Assembly (NCBI GenBank): GCA_964016885.1
Contig: OZ024740.1
Location: forward strand, 176,204,001-176,268,000
Reading direction: 5' to 3'
Length of the DNA stretch: 64,000 nt
From: Eledone cirrhosa
Taxonomy: Eukaryota
Shown here in pieces: positions 1-13,514 of this stretch. A program made the translations under genes and the position numbers. The notes beneath the pieces are model-generated. The model was not told the DNA's origin and did no database searches. It saw only the letters and a list, made by a program, of their open reading frames with translations. How positions within the stretch are numbered: position 1 is the stretch's first letter; the number at the start of each line of letters is the position of its first letter.

Positions 1-2070
1 GGTTTCAAACTGCTTGTAGACCAATCGACACAGGGTAGATTAAAGTCTCCCATCAAAAGTATGTTGCTAGAATGGTACTGTTTAATAAAGTATTTTATGC
101 TGTTGAGGCATTCTTTGAAGCAGATTATGGGTGTTTGTGGTGGCCTATAGAGCCCAACTAATATCAGGTCATTGGCTTTGTTGTGCACAGTGAATGATTC
201 ACAGTAGCCATTGGAGAACGTTGTGTTACTATCTGCTGTAAAGGAATCATGCAGGAAAATGGCAGTCCTACCTTTCCTTCTGCCAACATGATCCACGCGG
301 ATGGTTGTGAAATTCCTCACTCTTTCTTCGGCCGCCAAGTGGGAGTTGTCAAGGTGGGTCTCAGTAAGAATGAAGAAGGGGATGTGAAATGGATGGTTAC
401 CAACCCAATCCTCAATGAATTGAATTTTCCATTTCTGTGCATTGATGGATGGGTTGATGCCTTGTGTGTTGAGTAAAAATGTGGAGGCTAGTGTGGTGGC
501 TGGATTTGACTGTTGCAGGGGGCTTGTTTTGAGATTGTGTGTTAGTGACAGCAAGGTTGGTGTTGGGTGATGGTTAAAATGTTTTTTTTTGTATCTCTTT
601 TGCCAGGTTCATGGCTAAAAAAGAAAAATGTTCTTGTTCAAGGAGCAGTTTTTGATTGGATTTGTGGTTAGGGTTAGGTTTAAGGTTAGGGTTAGGTTTG
701 TAGTTCCCTCTTTTGTTGTTGTATTTCTTGTAATTGTGTCTTTGTGAAAAGACTGGAGCAGCATTACTTTTGTTGTTGTTGTTTTTATTGTTGATTTTGT
801 TGTATTTGTTGTTGTAATCGTGTCTTTGTGAGAAGACTGGAGCAGCATTATTGCAGCAGGAGGTGGCTTTATCGTGGTTTGTGTGTTGGTATGGAGCCCC
901 TTTTCTGTTCGTGCGTTGTGTCCCAGGAAGATGAGTGAAGGGACAGTCAGTCAGCAAACATAGTCTCTCGCGTTGGGAATGTCGGCAGATTTTGTGACTC
1001 CAACTTATGCGTGTGGGCAGCGTGCTTTGGTGTGGGCTGGCAGTGTTAGTGCGTCTAGTAACAGGTCAATGGATAAATATGCAGTCGCTACGTGTGCATA
1101 GCCTCTGACGTAGTGAGTAGCGGCATATTTGGGGGTTTCTAGTTTGTGTAGTGGGGGGGTGGGGGGTGCATACAGCTACATAGATGTTTGTTTAAAGTTC
1201 TTTTGACTACAGCATGACTGTGGTGGTGATGTGGGGGGAAGAAAGCAGTGGTTTTCATTGATAGTAGTTGACATGGTAGAATACGATAGCGGCAGTGGTG
1301 GTGATGATGATGATGATGACAACTGTGGTGGAGGCTGTGAGAGTGGTGTTAGAGAAAGCAGTGGTCCATTACTAGCAGTTGATGTGGCAGAAGATGATGA
1401 CGGTGGTGATGATTACGACGATAATAATGACTGAGAAAGTGGTGGAGGGATACTGTCGTTCAGTAACTCAGCTATTATGCTTGAATTCAGTAGTGGTAGC
1501 GGTGGTGGTGGCTCCTGATTTTCTGGCTGTTGTTGTGGCTGTTGTTGTTGTTGTTGTGGCTGTTGTTGTGTTTGACAATTGGAGTAAATATGTCGAAGTT
1601 TTTCAAAATGGTTTTAAATTAGTTTGAAAGAGACTTCGACATGTTTTAGTTTGTTGTGTATCTGCTTAGCAGACCTCGTGGTCAATGTTTGAGCAATCTC
1701 ATTCAGACACGAAGCGTTAATGGTTATTTTGGGGGACAGAGAAAACCATGTGTTTATTAAGAGGTCAATTTCATTATCAGACCAATTTCGTCTGTTGTAG
1801 GCTTGCTGGTCAGTAGTCATATCCCCCCTCACCCCGTGTGTGTTTTTAGATATTTGATATGTGAGTGAGCCTTTGGTTATTTGAAGAAATTAAAGAATCG
1901 TGTATATATATATATATATTCTCTCTTATGGATCTGAGTTTGGTTGTTTGAGGATGTTAATAGTTTTTGGTTATTTGGTTGTTTGAAGATATTCAAGGAA
2001 AAACGAGTGTATATAATATTATTTGAAAAAAAACGGGTGTATATAATATTATTTGAAGAATTAAAGAATC

Positions 2071-2134
<64 letters not shown>

Positions 2135-2869
2135 TCTCTTATGGATGTGAGTTTTGGTTGTTTGAGGATATTAATAGTTTTTGGTTATTTGGTTGTTTGA
2201 AGATATTCAAGGAAAAACGAGTGTATATAATAATTTGTAGTTAAGAAAACGTACTTGCGAATTTGTAGGAAAAATACGTGTATTTGTATATACATTTTCC
2301 TTATCTGAGTGAGCTTTTGGTTATTTGAAGATATTAAAGTAGCGTATATATATATATATGTACAGGGCCAGATTTAGATTTGATGAAGCCCTAAGCTAAT
2401 TAAGATAATGGGACCCTTTATATGTTATAAATTCTGCAAAACGTTCAATATTAAAGCAGAAAACTGTTCTTTTTTATCTTATATTTTGGAAATGTACAAA
2501 CCGTTTTTATTCCATTTTTTCGGGGCCCCAAGAAAGTGGGGACCCTAAGCTATAGCTTGTTTAGCTTATACGTAAATCCCACTCTGTATATGTATTCTCT
2601 TTTATTGATGTGAGATTTGGTTATTTGGTTGTTTGAGAATATTAAATATTTTTGGTTATTTGGTTGTTTGAAGATATTAAGAGAAAAACGAGTCTATATA
2701 ATAATCTGTAGTTAAGAAAACGTTCTTACGAGTTTGTAGGAAAAGCACGTGGTTACAAATATATATAAATATATAAATATATATGTACGGTCAGTCAGGC
2801 TTTAAAGCTGTGTAGCTTGCTACTGATTGGTAGAGAGCAATAAAAACACGTCTGTTCACTTCAACAGTC

Positions 2870-2870
<1 letters not shown>
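1..2870 (-). mobile_element. 5' half of an APE-endonuclease non-LTR retrotransposon (CR1/L2-like): repeat-containing 5' UTR, degraded ORF1 (about 574-1832) and start of ORF2 (about 1-570)
   Basis: Minus strand of 1-570 gives APE motifs (VGLYRPPQ, LLMGDFNLPCVDW). The ORF1 region has a Myb/SANT-like N-terminus (RRNWSDNEIDLLINTW...RSAKQIHNKLK) and two CCCH fingers. The upstream region has about 3 copies of a gagttttggttgtttgaggat... unit. Confidence 0.75.
2363..2586. mobile_element. MITE with TA target duplication
   Basis: TA|CAGGGCCAGATTTA ... TAAATCCCACTCTG|TA: imperfect 14-bp terminal inverted repeats, no coding capacity. Confidence 0.65.
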
Positions 2871-2938
<68 letters not shown>

Positions 2939-2939
2939 T

Positions 2940-3409
2940 ATTGAAGTTTGCTTGAAGCATTGTGGAATAATAAGGTATATTTCTTTAAGTCGTTTTGGTA
3001 GCCTCGATAATGCAGATGGGTAAATCTCCGGGTAACAAAATCAACTGACGCGTGCTCCCTCAGTGACTGCCCGATGCGCCATACGAATTGTTGCCTACGC
3101 ACATACGTCGTGTATAAGATAGAATGTAACAAGTGCAACCAATACTATATAGGTAGCACAATCCGGCCGCTGCACATCCGGATCAAGGAGCACACTAACA
3201 CCAGGGCCTCGTCATTCCGGAAACACATAGCCAAATGCGGAAACAAAGATGGAAGGCCCATTGTCACAATTCTAGCGACAGAAAGAAACGTCGGCACATT
3301 ACTAATCAAGGAAGCACTTTGGATCAAACGCCTAGGGCCACAAATAAACAACCGATCCGAGAGAAGCGAAATGAGGTGGTTGGTTTAAGTAAACAAAGGA
3401 TGCAGCAAC

Positions 3410-3479
<70 letters not shown>

Positions 3480-4149
3480 GCGAGACAGCAACACACGCAC
3501 ACACACACACACACAAGCGAGACAGCAACACACGCACACACACACAAGCGAGACAGCAACACACGCACATACACACACACACACAGTAACATTCCACCAT
3601 ACGAACATACTACACTGCCAATACAGACGAACGAGGCAACAACACACGCATACACACACACACACTCAATCGAGACAACAACACACGCACACACACACAC
3701 ACAGTAACATTCACCAAACAGTCAGAGAATACTATGGACTGACAGCTAACGCCAGCCCACTCCCACAATTGAAAGGACCTATTTCGGCCGCCGTCCTCTG
3801 CCTGACCGACCCCATTTCACGCGCACGCGCGCTCTGCTGAATACCTCAGATATTCAAAACAACGAACAGCGGAGGACACGTTTCGCATCTTTCCGACAGA
3901 CAACTCCCCCACCCCCCCCTGAAAAAACCCCAGTTGATGGATGTGAATCCGAAATATATAGGGACAATTAAATCTCTCCCAAGGTAACTCTATCTCGTGT
4001 TATTATTTTTATCCTTCACGCTCTTTCCTACATTCTTCTACACGCTACACATCTCAACTTACACTTACTAACATCTCTCTCTCCACCAGCGGATTGTTTA
4101 CCCGGAGATTTACCCATTTGCATTGTCGAGGCTTCCAAAACGACTTAAA

Positions 4150-4150
<1 letters not shown>
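2940..4150 (+). mobile_element. Penelope-like element 3' fragment with GIY-YIG endonuclease (3074-3388) and inverted terminal copy
   Basis: VVYKIECNKCNQYYIGSTIRPLHIRIKEH...IKEALWI...PQIN is a Penelope-type GIY-YIG. 2975-3040 is the reverse complement of 4095-4152. Confidence 0.85.
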
Positions 4151-4227
<77 letters not shown>

Positions 4228-4643
4228 AAATATATATATATATATATGTGTGTGTGTGTTTTGTGTAAATAAATAGGTAGTTCAAGTTATGAATTTATAG
4301 ATTTGAATATTTTGTTCAGCGTTGAGAATGTTTTATAATATTGGTAATTTTTCGGAGTGACGTATATAATAACTGAGAAAGGAAAGATAACTACAATTTT
4401 GTTTGTTAAACGATAAATTTAAAGAAATGTGAGATTAATTAATTATTTTAGTCAAAAGAAGTGTGAATGTTTGAAAAGAAACTGTCGTGAAGAGGATAAA
4501 TTTGTCTAATGTCTGTAAATGATTATCAATCTACGTCTAAAAAAAAATAATTTAGAGAGTGTCATTAGAAAAATAATAATGTAAGAATTAAAAGATGAAA
4601 AATTAAAATTATATACATACATAAATATTATATACATACATAA

Positions 4644-4720
<77 letters not shown>

Positions 4721-4807
4721 GGAGGTGAGTTTTATTGTAATACAATAAAGCAATGCAGATATCGGATAAGAAGCACTCTACAGTTTGTAGGACTGGAGTA
4801 TACATAA

Positions 4808-6187
4808 TATATAAGATCAAAAGATGGTTAAATGAGTTCCATGTATTTTATTATGCGCATTTAAAAAACAAATATCATCATGCAATAACATTTGTGTTTT
4901 CATCAGATAAAATAGGAGGACATGATATGAAGGTTAAAAAACACTTGTGGATAGTGCAGTTTTAAATCAACATATGAAAAGTAGTTTTAGATTGATGTGT
5001 GATATTGGGAAAAAAATAAAATTTCAGGGTGGGGTGGGGTGGAAAGGATGAAAAAGAGGAGGAGATGAGAGTAAAAAGTGGAGGGGGAGGAGTATAGTGA
5101 GGAAGGATGAGATAGGAGGAGAGATGGGTGATAGAGAGATAGCTTTTATAACTGAGAAAAATATATTGTTTTACATAGAGAGGTTGAAAAAACCGTTGGA
5201 AAATAATGTATAAGTTAAAAGAATTTGAAAATTAACGAAGAGAAAAATAATGTAAAGTTAAGGTTTGTATATTGATAAACTTTATATGATAAACTTGTAT
5301 ATGATAAACTTTATCAATTCAGAATCCTTTTCTCAAAGGCACACACATATATATATATACTTCTTTAAAAATATACCCATCTTTCTACCTTATTTCAAAG
5401 TTATTTATTATATTTATTATATTCTACATCACTCCTAATTTCTAACCCCTAATCTGTACCTTTTCTCACTGTGCCTAACATAGAAACAATTATTACAAAA
5501 TACACCATATTATTACTTCATATCACCTTGAAAAAATCCTTCGTAAACATAAACATTTTTTGACGTTAGATTATTCATCCTCTATTCATTATTTTTTTCT
5601 CCCTTTCATCTAACTTATTCACGCTCATCTCACAATATATCCTTACTTACATTACTTCTGTTTTTAATAATACATATCAACATTTTCTTTCCATCGCACA
5701 TATTATTAAACCCTTAAATATTATTCTTAATACATATTAACAATTTCTTTTCATCGCACTTTACATTATTTTTCTCTTCGTTAATTTTCAAATTCTTTTA
5801 ACTTATACATTATCTTCCAACGGTTTTTTCAACCTCTCTATGTAAAACAATATATTTTTCTCAGTTATAAAAGCTATCTCTCTCTATCACCCATCTCTCC
5901 TCCTATCTCATCCTTCCTCACTATACTCCTCCCCCTCCACTTTTTATTCTCATCTCCTCCTCTTTGTCACCCCCCCCTCAACATTTTTTTTCCCAATATC
6001 ACACATCAATCTAAAACTACTTTTCATATGTTGATTTAAAACTGCACTATCCACAAGTGTTTTTTAACCTTCATATCATGTCCTCCTATTTTATCTGATG
6101 AAAACACAAATGTTATTGCATGATGATATTTGTTTTTGAAATGCGCATAATAAAATACATGGAACTCATTTAACCATCTTTTGATCT

Positions 6188-6197
<10 letters not shown>
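4808..6197. repeat. Inverted repeat with about 450-bp arms (about 4808-5257 and 5760-6197), probable Penelope pLTR pair
   Basis: Near-identical translations on opposite strands (ORFs 4753+ and 6036-). Lies just 3' of the minus-strand Penelope ORF. Confidence 0.8.
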
Positions 6198-6248
<51 letters not shown>

Positions 6249-6395
6249 CGTCAATACTCATCTTTTTCCATTTCTCCGAGGGTTCTTAACCCCACTATCA
6301 GGCTAAATAATTTCTTTAATTTCTTTAGTCAAAATACGGCGATAGCTAACATTTCTAATAATTTCAAATCCACTCGCTGTTTCGAAAATATTCTT

Positions 6396-6466
<71 letters not shown>

Positions 6467-6603
6467 AAATTTTTGAAGATAGGGGAAAATATTACAAATA
6501 TTAGAGATATTACCATTTAGAAATATTAAAATATTAAAATATTAAAAATTTTAAATTGTTAAAGAAGATAAGATCATTTTGAAGGTTTAAGGAATATTAT
6601 AAA

Positions 6604-8436
6604 TTAAACTGTTCTGAACGTGTAATGTTGGCGATGTCTGCAAGTAATAAATAATTCTGTTCTGAGATTAATAGAGTTTTGACAGTTAATTATATAAAAA
6701 ATTTCTTCGATACACAATTTACAGAATTTTGATAAAGCCATATTTCGGTACCCAGGTGCATCTGAAATCGTTTTCCAAGATATTGAATAGTCCATATTCT
6801 TGCTTTTTAAGTTCCATATAAGTTCCATATAAGTGAAGTAGAAGATTTTTTATCAGATCTTTTAAAAATATGATTATGGTTATTCTAGCGTTCTTTAAAT
6901 TTTGTAGAAGTGGCACGGACATAGTTAAATACATTATCTCTAGTTTTAACTGTACATTTATAAACTACATTTTTATCTAAACAATTATTTTGTAAACGGC
7001 AGTTTGATTTGATTCTACAGTTACATTTTACGGAGTTGTTGGATATTCCTAGAATTATTATTATTGCAATTTTGGTTAATTTGGTTAGGGTTTAAATTTA
7101 AGTTTCTATTATTAATTCTATTTATATTTTGTGCTATGTTCATAGTAGTAGAGTAGGATAGTTTTATAGTATGTCTGTTAAAAATAGAGTGGTATCTGTG
7201 GGCTTTAGGAAAACATTTGTCTAGTGCTTTAAAAAATAGCTTTGCTAAAGGTGTTTTAACGCTTAAAGAGAATGGGGGGAGAGTACCAAATAATATTTCT
7301 AATTCTATTTTTTTTTTTTAATTAGTGTTTAAGTTAAATCGTTTATTATTATTATAATTAATACTAGGGTGATTTGCCATGTTATTGTTATCAATGTATT
7401 TAATTTTATTCGAGTATCCTGCTCTATTTAAAGCTTCATTATTATATTCAGCCTTATCATCAAAAATATTTTTATTAGCAGAGATGCGTGAAATCCGTTG
7501 TTGGACACTATTGACAATACTGTTCTTAATACTTCTAGGATGATTAGAGTTAAAACTTATGTAATTTAGATTTTCGTTAATTTTATGGAAAGGATAGTAA
7601 AGACCTGTGCTAAGGTTTAAGGTTACGTCTAAGAAGTTAACGATTTTATAGCTATTCTCTATTTCTAACTTAAGGTTGTAGTTATTGAAGAATTGTATTA
7701 TGGATTTTCTTTTCCTATTAATTTCACAATTGCTATGGTTTTCAATTAAAATCAGCATATCGTCACGATATAAACCACCGGTCATCTCTGGCATTTTCCT
7801 ATGCAGTACATTGTTAATAAATAAACCAACAAGATCCGTTATTTGCGCCGAGTCAGATGATCCCATAGTGATATCAAAATTATTTTTCCTATCGACTCTT
7901 GTCCAGAGATGATTATTGAATTCTATTAATGCTTTCCGTGCTGTTAAAATTATATTCATTTCATCACTAGATAAATCTGTATGTTTAGATGCCTAGATAA
8001 GAGCCTTATTAAGTAAACTAGGAGTAATAGAGGAGTAGTAATTTGCAATATCCATTTGAATGAATTTTTTATGTTTACATTTTATGATATTGAACAAATC
8101 TATAACTTCGTTAGTACCGTTCCATAGTTTCAGGTGTGATTTTTCTTTAAGTTGTGGTATAATTCTCTCTAATATATGTTTGCTAATTATGCCTAAGTCT
8201 GATATAGATGGTGCTATAAGTCTGACTGGTAGTTCTATTTCAAAATTTCTTTTGTGGTCTTTCAGGTTAATTTTCGGTTTTCTAGGTATAAAGTGTTCAG
8301 TCCTATTTTGGATCCCTAATTTATGAATAATTTCGGAAGCTTCTCTATTTAACGTTGAAATATCTTCATTTGTTGTTATTTTGTATTTTTTTCTGAGTTC
8401 TTTCAATATAAGGTTATTATATTCGTCCTTTTCCAT
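6604..8436 (-). mobile_element. Penelope-like retroelement RT + GIY-YIG, disrupted
   Basis: PVRLIAPSISDLG, FIQMDIANYYSSI, FDITMGSSDSAQITDLVGLF, GGLYRDD, VNFLDVTLNL, SNHPRSI, C-terminal CKLCIEE...CRH. Contains a stop and frameshifts. Confidence 0.9.
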
Positions 8437-9204
8437 CGAAATATATATAATAGAATAAATATGGTTTTATAAATATAGTTTCCATTTATTTAATATCATT
8501 GAATATTTACTCCAAAACTTGTCGAGTACTCTGAATCAGTTATAAACATTTATATTTATTGAATTACCTACAAATTGAATATCCCCTCTGCTTATATAAA
8601 ATATATGTATGTGTGCATATACATATATATATGTGTGCATGTATATATATGCATATATTACTACTGTACGTCTGTATACATATATGTATGTACGTATACA
8701 TACTTATATTTAAGTAACAGCCGTACTAAGAGTGAGTGAGAAATGAAATTACGTTTCATTTTTTCCATTTATCGTTTTCGGTTGTTCCGGCCGATTAACT
8801 CACTTGATATGCAAATTAGGCTGCTCAGCCGTTAATATGCATAAGGAAAGTATATACTTTCAGACGTTCAATCATCTGACACGAAGGTATACCTTCCTGC
8901 CGATAGCTAATAAGCTTGAAACTAGTACATCGTTCCTTTGTCAGTGTTGAACAAAAGGGCCTCGATGGTTGCTAAACACTGTACGGCTTAATTCGGGATG
9001 TTTGTTTACAAACACACCGAGTATTATAATAAATGTTCGGTAAATCCATACGTACATATATATATATGTGTGCATGTATGTATATATATATACATACTAC
9101 TGTACGCCTGTATACATATATGTATGTACGTATACATACTTATATTTAAGTAACAGCCGTACTAAGAGTGAGTGAGAAATGAAATTTCGTTTCATTTTTT
9201 CCAT

Positions 9205-9689
9205 TTATATATATATATATATATATATTATTTGTATATCTATAATTATAAACTTTTGCGCGTGGATCTGTGAGTATAACCTTACCTATATTAGTGTCCC
9301 CGTTTGTGTATATACGCTTACCTTAGATGTGCATGTGTGTGTGTGTAGATATATTAATGTGTGTGTCTGTGTGCGTGTGTGTGTATATATACGTGTGTTA
9401 TGCCCCCACACTTATTTCGTATACTTGTATTTGCGTGTGAACGCATATATATATATATACATATATATATATGTACTTATGTGCATGTACGCGCGTGTAT
9501 TTGTTGTATATGTATGTATGTATGCGAGGCTGGGGGTTGTACGTATGTTATGTCCTCATCCTTTTGTTGCGTACGTGCGTCCGTATATATTTGAATGTGT
9601 ACGCATGAATTATATATGTATAGGCTTGTGTCGGTATAATCACACGCAAATACAAGTATACGAAATAAGTGTGGGGACATAACAGACGT

Positions 9690-9723
<34 letters not shown>

Positions 9724-9860
9724 ACACACACACACATGCACATATATAAGGTAAGCGTATATACACAAACGGGAACACCAATATAGGCAAGGTTATACTC
9801 ACAGATCCACGCGCAGAAGTTTATAATTATAGATATACAAATAATATATATATATATATA
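9205..9860. repeat. Inverted repeat with about 220-bp arms in AT/AC-rich DNA
   Basis: 9205-9450 is the approximate reverse complement of 9640-9860. Confidence 0.7.
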
Positions 9861-10399
9861 TAAGTACATGCACACACACACAGTTATGCATAGATATACA
9901 TACATAACACACACACGCACACACACACATATATATACATGCATATATATATATATGTATGCACACATATGTCCGCACACATATGCGCCCATATACAACC
10001 ATATGTGAGTACACTAAAAACATGGTGGGCATGTAAGGAGGTGGAGGAGTATAACTAAAATAAAATAAAATGAACAGGTGAGGGAGAACAGGGGTGTATA
10101 AATTGTGGTGAAAAGTAAATGTTTGTACATAGGTCTGGATAAAGGTAATCTGGGTAAAAGTAGAGGACAGAATGAAGGTGGTGGGTGTGTATGTGTTAGA
10201 AGTATGGTAGAAAAAAAGACGGGGTGGGGTGATGTGGGGGAGGTGTTAGTATAAATCAAATGAAATAAATAAATAAACATGAAGGAGAAAAATCTATATA
10301 TTGGTAGAAAGTATGTGTTTATATAATGGACTGGGTAAGATGTAGTGTTCATAAAGTGATGATATTGGTAGTGAGTGGAAGGGTTAATATGTAAAGAGG

Positions 10400-10840
10400 A
10401 AGCTCAGGGTGGTTGAGTGATCGTTGGTGTATTAATCCAGCTAGAAAGTAGGTGCGATTTCAGGTGCTATCATATGAGCCCATCGAGACATCAAAAGAGT
10501 TTTCATGGCTTGATTTTTTAACCCAAGTACCTTCTTTGGTGAAAAGTAGTGTTATCCTAGCGTGTAAGATTACACCTTCCTCAAATTTAGAAATATTAAT
10601 GAAAAGTCTAGCAAAATCTAAGGTTTTAATTAATAAGGATTCTGTGATAGAGGGGTAAAAATCAACAATATCAAATTGGGTAAATCTACACTAATTTTTT
10701 CCTTGTATATTATTAAACCAAGATATTACAGAGGAATTATTTAACCATTGGGATAAGTCAGCCTTAGTTCTTATTTGAAGTATTATATTTATTAGGATTT
10801 TTTTACTCGCAAGACCAATTTCCGATTTAGCACGGTTGAG
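10400..10840 (-). pseudogene. Second Penelope-like RT fragment
   Basis: Minus strand reads LNRAKSEIGLASK, QFDIVDFYPSITE, FDVSMGSYDS. Confidence 0.75.
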
Positions 10841-11193
10841 GTGAGTCTAAAGGCCGCTAATCACTCGAAATTGCGTCACTCGACTTTACATACAGTGTGT
10901 GTCTCTGTTCAAATCGTAGGAATCCTGGAGGGTGTAACACATGGCATTTGTATTAATAGATACATCGGAGAATCAAGTGAATGCATCAATAATAAAAGAT
11001 AATAATAAAGAAATAAAAATGAAAATGATAAAGTTGTAAAATAAGTTGTAAAGTTAAAAATAAGTACAAAATACGGTTGCTAATAATAGGAGTAGTGGTG
11101 GTGGCAGTTGAAGTTGCATATATATACTTTCACACACACACAGCCATGTGTACAGCCATATGACACTTATCTAATTATTTCTTTTACCTGTAG

Positions 11194-11230
11194 AAATTGA
11201 CTAGACAAATAGTTAACTACACGGAATTAG
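11194..11230 (+). CDS. Candidate upstream micro-exon E0 (37 nt, phase 0 to 1): KLTRQIVNYTEL
   Basis: tttcttttacctgtag|...TTAG|gtacaa. Open frame ending in phase 1, compatible with exon A1. Single copy, so weakly supported. Confidence 0.45.
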
Positions 11231-11317
11231 GTACAAAATATATATATATAAACATATGTATATATATATAAACATATATATATACAAACATATATATATA
11301 TATAGAGAGAAACATAT

Positions 11318-11368
<51 letters not shown>

Positions 11369-11594
11369 ATCTATTCTCATATATATAATCTATATACAAT
11401 TATAAATAAGAAAGGTAATATTTTGTATTACCCAATTACCAGTAAGAAAATTAGCTCAATGTAAAATATCAGATATATTACAGAGCAGAGACACAACATA
11501 TAAAACAATCAGATTTTAGTTTAATACATTTAATTGCTGACGATCGTTTCTTCCAGACAAATGTCTGGATATTTCGGAGCATATACAATGTTAA

Positions 11595-11704
<110 letters not shown>

Positions 11705-11890
11705 CAAAATATTAACAATTGAAGTTATTCACATAATCAAAATATAGGATTTGATATATGACATACCTCTACGGTCTTGATATTTCAATTCCAGTATTGG
11801 CAGTCTGTAAATATATATATGTATATATTATATGTGTGTGTATATATATCTATATATTATATGTATATACATGTATATACACACACACAG

Positions 11891-11936
<46 letters not shown>

Positions 11937-12404
11937 CGAGAGAGAGAGAGAGTCATATCAGTACATTTAAATTTTCTGTAATGGAGACAGCATCGATGTG
12001 TATAAACATATACAATTATAAAACAAACATACCCATCAAGCATTCCTGTTTCCAACAAACGTTCTTACTTACATACGCAAACATTCACTCGGGAACATGA
12101 AATAACACACACACAAAGATACACCCACACAAATGTGAATACATTACCAAACTACTCATTTTGTTGGTTTATTTAAAAATATTGTTACATGTACATCACC
12201 TGTAACAATATCCTACATAAATATAAATCCTCAAACACTGCAGTTTCGTGGATTTATATATATGTGTTTATATGTGCTTGTGTTTGTTGGTGTGCATGTG
12301 TGTTTGTGTCCGTCCGTTTGTGTGTGTATACACCCAAACGGACTGAGACACGCACACACATATATATCAAAAATATATATTTTATATTTCTTTTCTGTTT
12401 ACAG

Positions 12405-12443
12405 AATATGACAAAGAACGACGACACGTTTTCCATAGAAAAG
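12405..12443 (+). CDS. Micro-exon A1 (39 nt): (E)YDKERRHVFHRK
   Basis: ttcttttctgtttacag|39 nt|gtgata; homologous to the other A exons. Confidence 0.75.
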
Positions 12444-13475
12444 GTGATATGATGAAACATGTTTTATTATATTATATATACATCTTTATATACATAACAC
12501 TTTTACATGATATATATGGAACAATTCGAATTTGTGGGCAGAAGATAGGGTTCAATATCAGCATGAGTATATATGTTATACAACAACAAGAATCTATTTG
12601 AGAGAAGCGTGTTTTCAGTATCAATGTAACATCCATGCTTGATGAATTTACATTTGGCAGTATCGGTAGAGGGTCGGACGCCATGCTTTCCAGCATAGTT
12701 ACATGCCTTTACGATCTGAGTTCAAATGCCGCCGAGGTTGACTTTGCCTTTCATCCTTACGGGATCGATACAATAAAGTACCAGTAATGCACTGGGTATT
12801 TGCTGGCCGTGTGCCTAAAAGTAGAAACAATTATTTTATAGGTCAATTTTGAAACTTCGTTTTGAATGTAAACTTGACGTTTCAATAACATTATTAAAAC
12901 ATGCAATAGTGTAATGCACAAACATGTGGGCAGACACACAAAAAACACCCCAACCACCCAGATACATGCACACATGCATAAATCAACCAAATTGCTCACA
13001 TTGAGGATTTATGTATAACATATTATGATATACAGAGGAGTTCTAAGACTGACAGCTGGAATTGAATACATACAAAAGCTGACATTATTAGCATTCCTGA
13101 AACACAGGAAACGCCGATCAGAACGGACACAAATACCATAGTCAACATAAACTGAAGTGTGGCTAAGAGATGGGTTTTCAGCAATCACTATGATATATTC
13201 AAGAAATATTATTTAAAATATACTTGTGTACAATCACTTATTTCATACATACCCCATATTAGGAAACCCCTGTTAGAAATCAGATTTCATAAACATGAAA
13301 TATACAGAACCATTTATGTTACATTAGATACTGAAGGTGAGACGTTATGATCAACTCACAGTAAGGTTTAAATAAATTTCGAACGTGTTTCAGATTTTTT
13401 TATGTTACATATAATAAATTCCAAACGCAATATATTTGCTTGAATATATATTTCTTTATTCTTTTCTGTTTACAG

Positions 13476-13514
13476 GACATGTCCATACAGCATGTAAGTA
13501 TTACAATAGAAGAG
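13476..13514 (+). CDS. Micro-exon A2: GHVHTACKYYNRR
   Basis: tttacag|39 nt|gtgata, phase 1-1, open. Confidence 0.75.

Noticed and set aside
667-700. TTAGGG-like telomeric repeats
   Set aside because: Only a few imperfect units, inside the LINE ORF1 low-complexity region (PNPNLKPNPN).
3235-3840. Long ORFs rich in HT/CV, and YI or MYVC ORFs elsewhere (9.2-10 kb, 22.3-22.8 kb, 45.0-45.5 kb)
   Set aside because: Translations of (CA)n, (TA)n and (CATA)n microsatellites.
10835-10846. Perfect splice donor GAG|gtgagt as a possible first exon end
   Set aside because: The upstream sequence is an antisense Penelope RT fragment; no supporting exon.
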